Shown here piece by piece: positions 1 through 16,700 of a stretch of DNA of 64,000 bases (position 1 is its first letter; every line of letters begins with the position of its first letter). The notes beneath the pieces were generated by a model. That model was not told the DNA's origin. It did no database searches and was given only the letters and a program-made list of their open reading frames with translations. The DNA is from Octopus vulgaris (lineage: Eukaryota). The position numbers and the translations under genes were made by a program. Location: NCBI GenBank assembly GCA_951406725.2, contig OX597828.1, positions 70,060,001-70,124,000 on the forward strand, read 5' to 3'.

Positions 1-119
1 GGCACAGTGGTATGTCTCTAGTGGGATTTGAAGCCACATCACATCAAGTCTTGTAGCTTCTGGGCTCACTCATAGACACAACAAACACATGTGGATGAAC
101 ACAAATACACATAGAAAGA

Positions 120-1420
<1,301 letters not shown>

Positions 1421-2325
1421 TATGTAGGTAGTGAGTGTGTGAGAGGCTCTGTTACATAAATAAAGTCACAAGTGAAATCCAGGTTTTTTTCCCATCTCTT
1501 CAAACTTCTCCATATGGCTGACGTGGCGAGCGCATTACGACTTGAAAAAACGATCACCTTCGCCGATCTATGGCACCGATTAAGCATCTTCTACCCTTCT
1601 TCTTACCGTTCCCTCACCTCTCGGTTACCAATTCTTCGATTCCACGCTCTGCTTTGTATCATATTGTCCTTTCTAAAGGGTTCCAGGAACTGGACAATTA
1701 GCGTCGCACGTTCGTTCCTCATCTCTTTCAGGAGTGTTTCAAAATATTAGACATGTCTGCGCGTGTATGTATGTATGTATGTATGTATGTATGTATGTAT
1801 GTATGTATATATATATATAGGTGCAGCCGTGGGCGTGTGGCAAAATGTTTGCTTCTTACTACGCGGTTCCGGGTTCAGTTCCGCTGCGTGGTTCCTTGTG
1901 TCTTCTGTTATAGCCCCGGGCCGACAAACCCGTCGTACAAAAGTGTGTGTGTGCGTATTTACCCCCCTCCACTGCGTGACAAAACCGGTATTGATATGTT
2001 TACGTCCCCATTACTTAGCGGTCGGGTAAAAGAAACCGATAGAATAAGTACCAGGTTTGAAAAGTATTTGGTACTGGATTCAATTCGTTCGGCTAAAATT
2101 CTTCAAGGTGGTGCCCCAGCATGGCCGTAGCCTAATGGCTGAAACATGTAATATATATATACATACATATATATACATATATATTGTTGATCATATCGAC
2201 CTGGTACTTATATCAGTCTAGTTATTCATTTTATCGGTCACTATCTGTCGAGCCGCTATGCTACGGGGCATACAGATTTAGAATATAAACAACACGAGAG
2301 CTTTGGAGCAATGTAAACATAGGCT

Positions 2326-2382
<57 letters not shown>

Positions 2383-2592
2383 ACATAAACACAAATACAT
2401 ATATATGTATGTACATTTGTCTGTACGCATTTTGACAGGAATGTGTATATGTTTGTGTGTGTCTGTATGTGCGTTAAGTCACGTGTGAAATTTTGTCTGT
2501 TGGTTGGTTCCTCTGCTCCTTCCGTCACGCAGGGAGAAAGAAACTGGTTGATGTGCTGGGAGGGTCCACAGAACGGGAAAGGAAACTGTATT

Positions 2593-2662
<70 letters not shown>

Positions 2663-2693
2663 TGAGATAGATAGACAGACAGACAGACAGACT

Positions 2694-2756
<63 letters not shown>

Positions 2757-2927
2757 GGGTACATAGGTGGGTAGATGGACAGACAGACAGTTAGATAGGC
2801 ATAGATAGACTCAGACAGGTAGACAGGTTGACAAACAGACAGGCAGACAGATAGAAAGATCGATAGATAGATGGGAAGACAGAGAGTGACAGAGCAAGAT
2901 AGGGAAATAAAGATAAGTAGACAGAGA

Positions 2928-2964
<37 letters not shown>

Positions 2965-3524
2965 TAATCCGTGTATATTATCGGAATGTGTATGTGTGTG
3001 TGTTTGCGTGAGTGTATTTGTAAGATGTTGCGAAATGGAGGAAAGTGAGCAAGATTTTCATTGAGAGAAAATAAGTGAAAGAAAAAATGTGTGTACTGAT
3101 GAAGAAACGGAGGAGAAAGCATGAAACACGAAGCATTAATGAGTGAGAATAACGAAGGGGAATGACTGGAGATCAAATGAATAAAGAATAACGGGAAGAC
3201 AAAACTCAAGATATATATGTATATATATATATATATATCCGGACAACTAAGTGATACAAAAAGGGACAACAAAACATCCAGACGATACAAAAAAAAAAAA
3301 AAAACAAGAACGGGTCATTCGAAGCTTTTTATTCTCAGTCAAGAACCGGATCATCCTCGCAATTTCGGCTGATTAATCTTGAGATTGCTCCAATCTGGCC
3401 AGCCCCAAGGAAAAACTAAGCTAAGAGCATTATATATACATACATGTGTGTGTGTTATACATTATACACACATACAAACGTTCACATACATATCTGCATG
3501 CATGTATGTATGTATGTATGTATA

Positions 3525-3577
<53 letters not shown>

Positions 3578-3581
<4 letters not shown>

Positions 3582-3973
3582 GTGGCTGTGTGGTAAGTAG
3601 CTTGCTAACCAATCACATGGTTCCGGGTTCAATCCCACTGCGTGGCATCTTGGGCAAGTGTCTTCTGCTATAGCCCCGGGCCGACCAATGCCTTGTGAGT
3701 GGATTTGGTAGACGGAAACTGAAAGAAGCCTGTCGTATATATGTATATATATATGTGTGTGTGTCTGTGTTTGTCCCCCTAGCATTGCTTGACAACCGAT
3801 GCTGGTGTGTTTACGTCCCCGTTACTTAGCGGTTCGGCAAAAGAGACCGATAAAATAAGTACTGGGCTTACAAAGAATAAGTCCCAGGGTCGATTTGCTC
3901 GAATAAAAGGCGGTGCTCCAGCATGGCCGCAGTCAAATGACTGAAACAAGTAAAAGAGTAAAAGAGTAAAGAG
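3578..3973 (+). mobile_element. SINE family A, full length
   Basis: A/B-box-like head, cttgggcaagt CORE-like motif, same body and gtaaaaga tail. Further copies: 1818-2150(+), ~11570-11853(-), 30985-31150(+ head), 38265-38470(-), 39045-39280(-), 52865-53000(+ tail), 54030-54330(-), 55750-55895(-). Confidence 0.85.
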
Positions 3974-4700
3974 TATATATATCAGAGGTGACTCCAGGTC
4001 ATCAGCAATCGCATAAGACACATGCCTGTTCGAAGAATTTCACTTTCTTCCACCTTATTTCTAGCCCCAAATGGCTTCGTTTTTTTTATATCTAGCTCTA
4101 TGTCTTTCTCTATTTGTAAGTTAATGGTAAAAATAAAGCAACCCTGCAAACCACAACTGACCTTTACACACAGATGCCCAGAATAACAGCAATCAAATAA
4201 CGACAGCGGAGTGCACAGCAAACCTCAGCGATCCGACTGTCTGCGATTCTGGCTCGTTCGTATTCGCCCGAGTTGCAGGATAATTTTTCGTTCCTTTGAG
4301 AATATTGTAGAACGGAAACTTTCCATAGATTGAAATTTAAATCCTAACCTCTATAAAAATTTATTGTTTCAAGAAAAACATTGAATTTGAATTACTTCTA
4401 ATTTTTACGATTATAGATAACAACTCAGGCTGTAACTTCTGAGCCTGAGTCAGGCACGAGTGGAACGATGTCGAGAGAACGTCTGCTACGAATGATATTT
4501 TTTGACATAGGGTACCTCTAAGACAACCGTCAGACGCTAAACGAAAATAAATGAACTGCGACCTGGCTCGATAAAAGGATCCCAAGTTATTGGCTGCAAT
4601 TACATAATTGAAGTCAGTGCTGGCAGAAATTAAATCAGCTCACAAATACACGTTCACTTTACTAAATTCATACTCGGACAACCCGAGTGCCGGAGTCGCC

Positions 4701-4756
<56 letters not shown>

Positions 4757-4842
4757 ATATATATATATCGCCATGTTGATTCGCTAGCTTTTGTACGCAT
4801 ATTTTTTTCTCTCCTTCTTTCTGTGTTTTTTTTCTCTGTGTA

Positions 4843-4880
4843 TCTTTCTGTTGAAGAGCGTAGGCTCGAAACGTTAAAGA
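4843..4880 (+). ncRNA. Minimal type I hammerhead-like motif with variant core
   Basis: UCUUU-CUGUUGA-A-GAGC GUAG GCUC-GAA-AC GU-U-AAAGA. Stem I UCUUU/AAAGA, 4-bp stem II, ACGU stem III; core has A6U. Confidence 0.5.
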
Positions 4881-5008
4881 CTTGTTTCATTTATATTTCC
4901 TGAGCGCCATACTAATACAATTGTTTGTTTGTATTCCACCTGCCTTCGTCTTTTGTTTATTTCCGTAAACCTGCCTTCGTCTTTTGTCTATTTTCATAAA
5001 GCTTACCG

Positions 5009-5113
<105 letters not shown>

Positions 5114-5470
5114 AGATATATAGATATATATATGTGTGTATATATATGTGTATGTATATATATATCTATCTATGTATATATGTATGTATGTATAAATATA
5201 TGTGTGAGTATATATATATATATATGTTTATAGTTTACTGTTATGTTCAGGTAAGATTTTTTTAAAATCCACCCAGTGAGGGATAAATATCAGTTAATGT
5301 ACACTGTATTAATATAAGAATTACCGACAGTTTCTTGCCATTATGACACGTGACTGGACAGGCTTTTCTAACGTGCCATGTGTCTCCAATTGTTAGGCTT
5401 TGAGCACATGGAAAACAACCGTTCTAAACACATGAACTAGGACTACTAGTAACAGCAAGAAGCATTTACT

Positions 5471-5511
<41 letters not shown>

Positions 5512-5516
5512 TATCA

Positions 5517-5569
<53 letters not shown>

Positions 5570-6579
5570 GCATTGTTGAATGTTTCAGTATAAGAGTAAC
5601 AAAGACTGGTGAGAAAGAGTGTGGTTGTTTACACAAAAAAATCGAACTTATGAGAAAGTGGTTATATGGTATGTGAAGTATACGAAAATGTGATTGCACC
5701 TCTTGAGCAGAGGACTTCTCCAACCCTCCCCCCGGGGCCTATCAAGAAACCCCACAAACCCAAGATTATTTTCACTACTAACATTAAATGTCCTCTCCCA
5801 GCTGTCATTTCCCGATCCACAAATGCATTGTGGGATTAAACCCAAGCGACAGCGAGGGAAACTTTACGTGGTTGCTCGTTACGATGCCAAACAGCAACCA
5901 AACCCCACGCAAACCATGCCCTACCGTCTTAGAAATAAAGGGAATACTTGCGATAATGGGGTCCTTGGTTCCTTGCACACAAGAAAAAGACGAGATGGTC
6001 AGAGTTGGAATGTTTTTAACTATAAGGGTTAAACAACAACAGCAACATCTGGCTATGTCTACCACTCCTGACACATTGCATTTTGGTGCACGAACCGAAG
6101 GAACGTCAGGAAGATCAGCCGTATGCAGGTTTGAACCCGCGACCGCTAAACACGACAGACCAGCGTGGAGTTAAATAACAACCGCAACAAAAGACCTTCG
6201 ACATATTTGTTAGGGAAAACACCTCCCCATCCCCATCCATTCTTCTCCACCCCTCCCACTTCACTATCATCTTCTCCACCCTCTCCCCTTCCTTGCATCT
6301 CCATCTTCCTCTTCATCATCTCCGCTACTGTCTTCCTCTTTCTCTGTTCCTCTCTCTCCACCTTCACCTTCCCCCCCCCTAGGGACAGGTGAGACGGTCG
6401 ATAAGGACTCGGCCGAAGAGAAAAGTGCCTGGTCTCTATTTTAAATTTGACCACCACCAGAATTGTCTTAAGATCCTGGCAACTTGGAGACTCATCATGG
6501 GGCACTCTGTGCTAGAAGGAGCAGCCAACCATGTAATGTCTTTGCGATCTTAAAAAAAAAAACAAAGGGAAAAATTAGG

Positions 6580-6992
6580 GTTTCAATTTTGGGTGAATGG
6601 TCAGCTCTAATGAGAGGAGGGGAGGAGTTTAGCTGGTTACAATTCTTTGTTTTGTTGATCCGCGAAGATGAAAAGCAAAATCGACCTCGGCGGAATTTGA
6701 ACTCAGAACGTGAAGAGCTGGAAAGAAACATTTTACCCGGCATGCTAACGCTTCTGTCAGCTTACCGTAATAGAATTTGATTTCAAATTTTGGCACAAGG
6801 CCAGCAAGTTCGGGGGAGGGGATAAGTTGGTAACATCGACCCAAGTACATGACTGATACCTCTTTTATCGACCCCGAAAGGATGAAAGGTAAAATCGACC
6901 TCGGCGGCGTTTGAACTTACAACATAAAGACGGAAGAAATGCCACTGAGTATATTTTACTCGACGTGCTGACGATTCAGCCAGCTCGCCCTT
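6580..6992 (-). mobile_element. Two tandem SINE family B copies
   Basis: Reverse complement of ggcagaatcg...ctgagttcaaattccgccgaggtcgac/atttgcctttcatcc...ctggccttgtgccaaaatttgaaa. Others: 8855-9060(+), 19465-19745(+), 25215-25375(-), 26960-27130(+), 43835-44050(+), 46255-46410(-). Confidence 0.75.
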
Positions 6993-7567
6993 TAATACAT
7001 GATAAAATGTAATCAGCATAAAATGGGGAAATCCATAGAGATGCTCATCAACAAGTGGTTCACGTCCCAAATTTTGCGACGGGTACTAGGCTAGTATATC
7101 TATTTATTTATATCTCTCTCTATATGTACATATCTGTCTATGTGCATGTTTGAGCGTAAATGTGTGTGTGTGTGTGCGTGTGTGTATCTATATATAAAAG
7201 CACAAATAATAAAAAGAAAGTACTCAACACATATGGTAGAGTACACTGTCTCTCATCCGCCAAGCATCTACTCGACTTAAAAAGTTGAGTGGGTGTTTAT
7301 AACAGAAATGTATTGAGATCACTGTCAGTGATGTAGACACAGATATTCGCGCATACGCTCTCCCTCCTCTTCCTCTTCCCAGCCTCTCTCTCTCTCTCTC
7401 TTTCCTCCTTCGCTCTCTCTCTCTCTCTCTCTCTTTCCTCCTTCGCTCTCTCTCTCTCTCTCCTATTTATATCAATGAAAATATTTTAAACGTTCGTGCT
7501 GCATTTAAACTACTCTGTTGTTCCAGCAGTGTATTGTCTCGTGTACTTTACTCCTGAAATATGACCA

Positions 7568-7636
<69 letters not shown>

Positions 7637-7878
7637 CAAATGTTTTCTAGTGGACTATTCTAAAGAATTACATCGGTAAAGGCGCCGAAATTGACCTTGC
7701 AAAAAGGGGACACCTGCAATTTCATGGCCAGTCTTATAGTGGCTACCACCGAAGAGTTTCTATAGTCATAGCCACCTGGTAGAAGAGTGTCGCCTGCTGC
7801 TCCCAGCCAAGTGGAACCGGCGGAGCGAACAACCATAACAGATTTTACCCTTCACACACACAGACAGACAGATAGATA

Positions 7879-8016
<138 letters not shown>

Positions 8017-8193
8017 TAAAGGTGTGTGTGTGCGCGTGCGTACAGGTGGAATCACCGTGGCACAGTTTTGATTCTTCAACTCAATTTCCCATCACAAGTT
8101 TGGTTTGACTTGAGGCTCTCCTGGTAGAGGACACGTGCCCGACAATGATATCGAACCTTGAACCTCACGCTTGCCATGTATACTTCTTCACCG

Positions 8194-8227
<34 letters not shown>

Positions 8228-8648
8228 ACACATCACACAGAGAGAGGTGTCGGTAACAGGCATCGGTGAGTTCATTCACCTGAGTTGTAAGTTCTTTAGG
8301 TCGGTTGCTGCTGCTGCTACTGCTGCTGATTCTGGTTATAGGTGCCATTATTCCAGAGACAAGGAAGAGAAACAGTTTCCCCCTGTGGCACCTGATGAAT
8401 CGAGAAAACCGTCTTTCTTATACACGCAGGATCGTGTGTGAGTGTGCGTGCATTATATACACACTCACACACACACACATCTATATATGTATATGCATAC
8501 ATCGCCGTGTGTATGTGCGTATATATTATGTATACATGCGTGCGTGAATATTTATATACGTATGCACTCGCAGTTATATAATAGCAATTAAAACAGATTT
8601 TACAGTCTTAATTGCTGGCTAATAAAGAAACAATAATTGTTGTTGTAG

Positions 8649-8682
<34 letters not shown>

Positions 8683-8683
8683 A

Positions 8684-8719
<36 letters not shown>

Positions 8720-8765
8720 ATTATTATTATTATTATTATTATTGTTATTATTATTAATATCATTA

Positions 8766-8812
<47 letters not shown>

Positions 8813-9169
8813 TATCATTATTATTATTTATTTTTAGTTTTATTTATTTTTAGAGCGTGTAGAATCGTGAGCACGCTGGATGAAATGCTTAGCGACATTT
8901 CGCCCGTCTTTACGTTCTGAGTTCAAATTCCGCCGAGGTCAGCTTTGCCTTTCATCCTTGAGTACCAGTGAAACCCTGGGGTTGATGTAATCGACAAGTC
9001 CCCTCCCCCCAACCTTTAAAATTTAAAGCCTTGTGCTTATGGTAGAAAGAATTATCATTATTATTACAATGTGTATGTGTGTGTGTTTGTGTGTGATTGT
9101 GTACATATACATATATGCGTATACATGCATATAAGTATATATATGTATATGTCTATATATATATGTATG

Positions 9170-9275
<106 letters not shown>

Positions 9276-9463
9276 TATATATAGATATATATAGAGATAT
9301 ATATGTACATATATACATATATATGTGCATATATATATTTCTATACTCGTATATATGTTCATATATATATAGACTGAGAGAAAGGGAGAATGAGAGAGAG
9401 AGAGAGAGAGAGAGATACAGAGACAGACATTTCAATACATGCATATACACACATACACATAAC

Positions 9464-9504
<41 letters not shown>

Positions 9505-9753
9505 TATGCGTACAAGTGTTCTTTATAGAAAACGAAGGAAGAGAGAAAATGGTGCGGGGTGGCATTCTGTCTCTAAACATTTTTTTCTTTTAATGATTTT
9601 AATGTCTAAAATTTTAAGATAAAAGTTTGCTTTCTTCCAATCTTGGTGTTGTTATTGTGGTCGTTATTGTTGTTACACTTTGGCGAAGGTTCCTTCGACC
9701 CCACCCACCACCCCCTAACCGCCACCACCACCACCACCGCCACTATTAGCATC

Positions 9754-9791
<38 letters not shown>

Positions 9792-10097
9792 GAGGTGTGG
9801 TGGTAGAACTTTCACTAAAACAACAACAAAAATACAAAAGGAAACATTCCCCCCCCCCTCACCCTTCATCCCACCGTCTACCTTTCACTCTCTCCATCCC
9901 CCCCCACTCAACCCCTGTCTCTCAGAGGACTGGGGGGAGGGAGGAGAAGGGTGGAATGAAAAATTTAAAAATAAAAACTAGAAAACCCATAAAAACTAAC
10001 AATATTTCCGCTGACAAGACACGAAAAACTGGTGAGAACTAGCTATATATATGTATGCATATATACATACATATATATATATATAAATATATATATA

Positions 10098-10185
<88 letters not shown>

Positions 10186-10368
10186 CATATATATACATAC
10201 ATATATATATACATAGATAGATACACACACCCACAGACACACACACACACATATATATACAAGTATACATAAATACATATATGTGTGTGTGTCCATATAC
10301 ATATATGCGTATACATGCATATAAGTATATATATGTATATGTCTATATATATATATGTATGCATATAT

Positions 10369-10399
<31 letters not shown>

Positions 10400-10485
10400 G
10401 ATAGATAGATATAGATAGATATAGAGATATATGTTCACATATACATATATATATGCATAGATATATTTCTATACTCGAATATATG

Positions 10486-10584
<99 letters not shown>

Positions 10585-10754
10585 GGGCGTGCGTGTCCTT
10601 ATTCACTTTGTGTGTAAAAAATATTGCACAGCAGACAGTTTGGGGAGTATATAGTTTAATAATTTGAAATATTAACCATTTGTGAAACCACACACACACA
10701 CACACACACTCGAACGGGACAGACGATACGTGCGCATGTGTTGCTGCACGTATA

Positions 10755-10786
<32 letters not shown>

Positions 10787-11046
10787 TGTGTGTGTGTGTG
10801 TGTTGTAGAGCTAAAAGACTTTCAAACTATTTTAATAACACAACTAAGATTTTTAAAGCTGAGATGTGAGTGTATGAGTGAGTGAGTGTGTGCATGTGTG
10901 TGTATTTTTATACGGGTACTTGCCTGCGTGTGTGTGTGTGTGTGTGTGTGTGTGCTTAGGATTCAAAGTTTCAATTAGTTTTTATGAAAGTGTCACAACT
11001 AAAGATTGGAGCGAAGGAAAAGTGATAGAGAGGGACAAAGAGGAGA

Positions 11047-11098
<52 letters not shown>

Positions 11099-11140
11099 CA
11101 AATGAAGGGAGGAGCGAAAAAGTACGTGTATGTGTGTGTG

Positions 11141-11177
<37 letters not shown>

Positions 11178-12603
11178 TACGGACTGGACGAGTGGGGAAG
11201 AGCGGTCTATGGAGATACATTTACACACACACACACACACACGCATCCACATACATACGCATACTGACACACACACACACACACACACACTATGATTGGA
11301 ACATACACATAATTACACAGCACATACACACACACAGACGAGGTGCGCGCGTATATCTTTCATTAGCTGCGATTGCTACAAGAGTGACTCAAGGGCCTAG
11401 AATTTGGTGCCGAACCACTTGACGAGTGCTTCGGTACAAAACACTAAGGCCCTTGTGACAATTTTTGTTGATCTCAGCTAATAAAACTTTGCGTGGCTCC
11501 GTGTATATGTGCGCGCGTGTGTGTGTGTGTGTGTGTATGTGCGCGCGTGTGTGTGTGTGTGTGTGTGTTTATCTTTTAATTATTCAGTCGTTTGGTGTGT
11601 GGCCATGTTGGAGCACTGCCTTGAAGGGTTTCGCCGACTTTTAAACACCTAACTATTGAGTGAGCCCTCGAGGCTTTCTTATCGTATCGCTTGCTTTCTG
11701 CCGAACCGCCAGGCTACGGGGACGTCAACAAACCAGCATCGGTTGCCAAGCGGTGGTGGGGGACAATCACAAAGACGCACACACATGAGTGTGTATTCTT
11801 TCTTTTCTCTCTTTTACTTGTTTCAGTCATTTGACTGCGGCCATGCTGGAGCATGTGTGTATGTATACGTGCATGTATATATATTTATATGTGTGTGTGT
11901 GTGTGTATTCACACATGTATATACATACTTATACGCACACATTGTGTGTGTGTGAAGAGAAATCAGTGAATGAAGAATTTTGTTTATTTTTGGGTATGGT
12001 GTTCCAGCTTGGCCACAGCCCATGGGCTGAAACAAAAGAATAATAGAAGATATATATATATATATAACAATATTGTTTTGATGTGGTCGGCTGAAGGTTT
12101 GCTTTCGGTTCCAACGGGAAGTCAAGTGTCACACACACACACACACACACACACATACATATACACACGTACACACACACGTGTGCGTGAAGTTAGGGTC
12201 AGGTAGGTGTTGTTGTTGTTGTTGTTGTTGTTATGGTCGGTAGACGGGTGGGTAAGTCGTTTGTCCTGCACTCCACGGAGGAAAAGTGTTTGAAAAATGC
12301 TCGTAACAGCAATCACTGCTGCTGTGTTGGTGTTGCTGTTGCTGCTGTCGGTGGTGGCGACGGTGCTGCCGCCGCCGCCGCCGCTGCTGGTAATAGTGCT
12401 ACGGCTACCCATAGTAATACTACTAATGGTAATAACAACCACTGCTACTACTACTACTGCTATTATCAGTAATATAAGAGGTGGTGGTGATGGTGGTGGT
12501 GTACGAAAGAGCCTGCTGCCATCGTCATATTCGCCAACACCCCTTTCTCTCTCTCTGTCTTTGTCGTAATCAAGTTTAAGATTTGGTGGTTTGACTGTTT
12601 GTT

Positions 12604-12604
<1 letters not shown>

Positions 12605-12646
<42 letters not shown>

Positions 12647-13200
12647 GTAGAGAGAGAGGGGGACAGAATGGTAGAGAGACAGAAAGTAAGAGAGAAGAAA
12701 CGTGTGAAAGACAGAGAAAAAGAAAACAAAGTAAGAGAAAGAGACGAAGATAGAGTAAAGGAGAAAGAATTGGAGAGAGAGAGAGAGATAGAGAAGTGTG
12801 TATGTGTGTGTGAAATGGTGACAGAGGGTGAGAGAGAGAGAGAGAATAAGAAGGGAGGGGGGAAAAGATAAAGTAAGAGTGAGTAAAAGAGAGACAGAAT
12901 GAGAGAGAAAGAGTGGAAGAGAAAGACAGAAGTGTGAGAGGAGATGAGAGAAAGGAAGAAAGAATAAGGGGAGGAGAAAGAGAGCGAATAAGACTGGAAG
13001 GGAAAAAGATAAAGTAAGAGTGAGAGAAAGAGTGGAAGAGATAGATAGAAGTGTGAGAGGAGACGAGAGAAAGGAAGAAAGAATAAGGGGAGGAGAAAGA
13101 GAGAGAGAGAGAAAAAGGTAAGTGAGAGGAAGAAGAGAAAGAGAGAAGGAGAGAGTCAGAAAGCGAGAGAGAGAGAAAGAAAGAGTAAGAGTTAAGGAAT
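12605..13200. repeat. Polypurine (GA-rich) tract with ~120-bp internal duplication
   Basis: gaaaagataaagtaagagtgag...aaggaagaaagaataaggggaggagaaagagag at ~12861-12985 and ~13001-13110. Confidence 0.8.
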
Positions 13201-13364
13201 CTAAGACAAGTGCGCAGTAAAGAGTTTTTCGGCGGGTCACGTGGTTGGAGCATGGCTTCTTGTTGTTCCCGCCCCCCTGGTTTAGTGTGACCAGCAGTGG
13301 AGAGGCAAGAAGCTGGCTGATTAGGATTGCTTCAGCTGACGCCGGGATATACCACCTGGTAAAT
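13200..13364 (+). promoter_or_regulatory. Candidate promoter / first non-coding exon of TENT5
   Basis: Short CpG-containing unique island after a GA tract: TTTCGGCGGG (E2F-like), GTCACGTGGT E-box (CACGTG 13238-13243), TGACG half-CRE, then donor-like CTG|GTAAAT at 13358/13359 followed by pyrimidine-rich sequence. Motif-based only. Confidence 0.35.
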
Positions 13365-13664
13365 TTATTCTCTTTCAACATATGTTTTAATAACTTCACT
13401 CGTTCTTCTTACTTTTTCCTCCTCTCTTTTTCCTTCTTCCTCTTCTTCTCATGTAGGGGTTCTGTTATATCCCTTGTTCTCCCTTTTTTCTTCTCTGCTG
13501 CCCTTTCTCCTTTCAAGTCATCCTAAAACTGTCAATTTTACATATGTATTCGAATGTGTTCCTCTGCCGACTTTTATCGACCAAACCAAACACATTTAAG
13601 ACACAAAACGTGTTAACAATCTTTTTAACTGCTATCACAGACTACCAAATTCTTCTCTCTATCA

Positions 13665-13736
<72 letters not shown>

Positions 13737-16700
13737 CATACGTTTTCTCTGTCTTCGCAACAATGTCTTCATTCTGACTTTAACATTCCAAGACCTTCGG
13801 TCATTTTTCAAAGTACTGCCAAAAACTACTCCCCCCCCTCCTATATATAACCTACTTGCTGTCACATCCGAAAGAACCACAGCTTTCGCTTGTCATGTCA
13901 ACTCTGCTAAAATTCTATACCAAAGTTCTTGCGTTGTCCGTTCGTCATTTCGAATTTCGCTTCAGTTTTTTTTTTTTTTTATTCTTTAAATTTACTTATT
14001 AATAGTTGTAGTATTAATGCCATTCCTATATATGTTTTGTTTCATTTATTATTGAAGCCAATTCCTGTCGTTATTTAACTTTTTCCATATTTTATCGCCT
14101 TCGCTAAAACAATTCCTCACCGTTCCATAGACCGCAAAAAAAAAAAAAAATAAGAATAAGAAAAAGAAAAAATGAAATTATAAAAAATTTTCTGCTCGAA
14201 GATTTGGTTTATTAAATAAGAAACTTAACAAGAAAAAAAATGAAGATTTAGAAAATAAACGAAGCAAATACAGGAATTTGGCCGTTTCGTAAATATATAA
14301 CAATTACCAAAAACTTTTAAACTCTCCAAGAGTAATTTTTTCAAACAAGTGTTCTTGTATTTCCAAATTCAGCAAAAATATATTTCCGTTAAAAAAAAAA
14401 AAATTACTGAACACTTTTTGAATTTTGTTTCTTCATAAACTGCTGACAAAGTATGTTTGATGCCTGAAGTCAGCAGTTATTGTGTCTACATAAATGGAAA
14501 GTTTCGAAAGAGAGGAAGAAATAATAAAAAAATAAAAAGTATTTTCCTCCACATATGTTACCGGAATAATGTTTTTAAGATTGGCACGAGGCCATATTTG
14601 GAATCAATCACGGTTATCGATGAGTGTTTTATTTTTGCCGACCACGGAAGAAGGAAAGGAAGAAGAAATAAGGTTAATTCTGCCACTTAGAATGACATTA
14701 AAAATTCCTCTCTCTCTCTCTTATTCTTTCCTTCTCTTTTTACCCGTGTGTCAGAGAGAGAGAGAGTGAGAAAGAAAGAGGGTGGGAGAGAGAGGGAGGG
14801 AGAAACGTGATGCCTCGGTGGTTTGAAGAACTTCCCGTTCCCAAGTCTCCCACCTGTAGAAACCTCACAGAATTTCTTCTTTCCAGTATGTTCACTTCTT
14901 CTGACACGAAAACACTCACTTTTGACCGTGTTCAACATGTGCAAAAGTTCACCATATTGTGTAACTTCGACTGATGGTGGCGTAACATGTCTACTTCAAC
15001 ATGGCGTGCAAAAACTTTCTCCTCTTATAAATAATATTAGTAACAAGCTCAGTTTTTTTTTTATTTATTGTCGTTATTATTGTCCTACTTTGAATTTATT
15101 TCACTTTTACATCATTACTAAAAATATTAATCTCACACACACACACACACACCTATATATCTTTCTTTTCTAATCGAACAGTTCACATTTCTAAACACCC
15201 GCCAACACGTAACCCGTGCGTCAAGTATTTCTGCTCATATACAGTAGTTTAGCTTTGGTTCTATCTGCTGTAAGGGTGGCGGGTACGACAGGCAGGGTTA
15301 CTGTTACAAGCTGGCTTTTAACACGAACCCGCGCATCTGTTTTAAACATATCTATAACCCTGAAATGTGCAGCAGGCTGCAATATTTCGTGTTGCTTACT
15401 AAGGCCGTTCTCACCATATTGTCGACATAGAGGGTGTCGCTGGGGGTGAGGCGAGAACCTGTTGACGTAGGATACAGTTCTAAGGCGTTGCTAGGATACA
15501 AACGACCAATAGATTGCTTCTTGTCACACTGGCTGTTGTCGTCATCAACACACACATTTCTCTCTTTTTCTCTCTCTCTCTCTCTTCATCGCTTACTCAA
15601 TCGCTCCTCCTACTCCCTTCTTGCTACCGTCCTATATTATCATTTCTCCATCTTTCACCCTAATTTTCTCTCTCTATCGCCATCTCCCATACCACTCTGA
15701 CCCGTGTACCTCCATCTTTCCCTCTTGCACTCTACCCCCCATATCCACCCCTCGTCTCCATCTCTCTCTCTCTCTCTCTTTTGGCGAGTTGGCACCGTCA
15801 GTTGGCCACCTCTGAGCACACACACACACACACACATTCTCTCAACTGCCTCTTTCTGTCTCGCACACATCACATCAATCTCCCCTTCCTCCCCTTCTCT
15901 CACCGACCATATACTCACATTGTTTACTCTCCCCCCTTTCCAACACTGTCAACCTTTCCCTCACTTTCCTTCACACAGCTCTCTCTCTCTCCCTCCCTCC
16001 CTTCCTCTCTTTACGAGACAGTGAGTCTCACAAACTCTTCTTCTACCTCTCTCTCTCAACTCATGTCACTCATCTCTCTCTCTTTCTCTCTTTACGATTC
16101 TGTCACCAAATCTTTCTTCCCCTCTTAACGTGTCTGTCTGTCTCTTTCTCTCAACGTCTCTCTTAATGTAACGTCTCTCTTAACTCTGCTTCTCTCTCTC
16201 TCTCTCACCTATTCTGTATTGAAACTATCTCCAAATATGGTCAATCATACCCAATTATCTTTTTAAGAACAGCTGTTTACAACATCGTTGTTATTACCTG
16301 AGTGGACGGTATTGTTGAATAGCCTCTGGTCACTCCTGTCTCAACACTGACCCCAGGCCCTATCAGCTGGACCCTTCTATTGTTACACATCCCAGCTCGA
16401 TCTGACATACCCCACCCACCCCACTAGTGTTTGGGGGTGGTGGCCATATTGTCAAAGACATGTGGTCGACTGTTTGTGTTCAGTTTTGGTCTGAATATGA
16501 CGGTCAAACAGTCAATGTTGTGTTCAGTCTGTTGCTTCTCAGATGTTTGTCCAGATGTTGACCAGAATAATGTTTGTCCAGACAACTGATGTTGTGGCTA
16601 TTTGAATGTGTATGAAGGCAGGGGGTGGTGTTTGGCCCCAGGTCAGCCCTGATCCAGCAGGCCCATGATTAAAAACTTTCCGGCCAGGACCATCCTGCCT

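Noticed and set aside
3982-4702. 720-bp unique block between (TA)n tracts with 9-bp imperfect inverted ends and a minus-strand CUGAUGA near 4000
   Set aside because: Probably a repeat, but the TIR is too short to classify and the CUGAUGA has no 3' half before the microsatellite.
12122-13399. 425-aa minus-strand Leu/Ser-rich ORF
   Set aside because: Arises from a GA polypurine tract and trinucleotide repeats; no recognisable motif.
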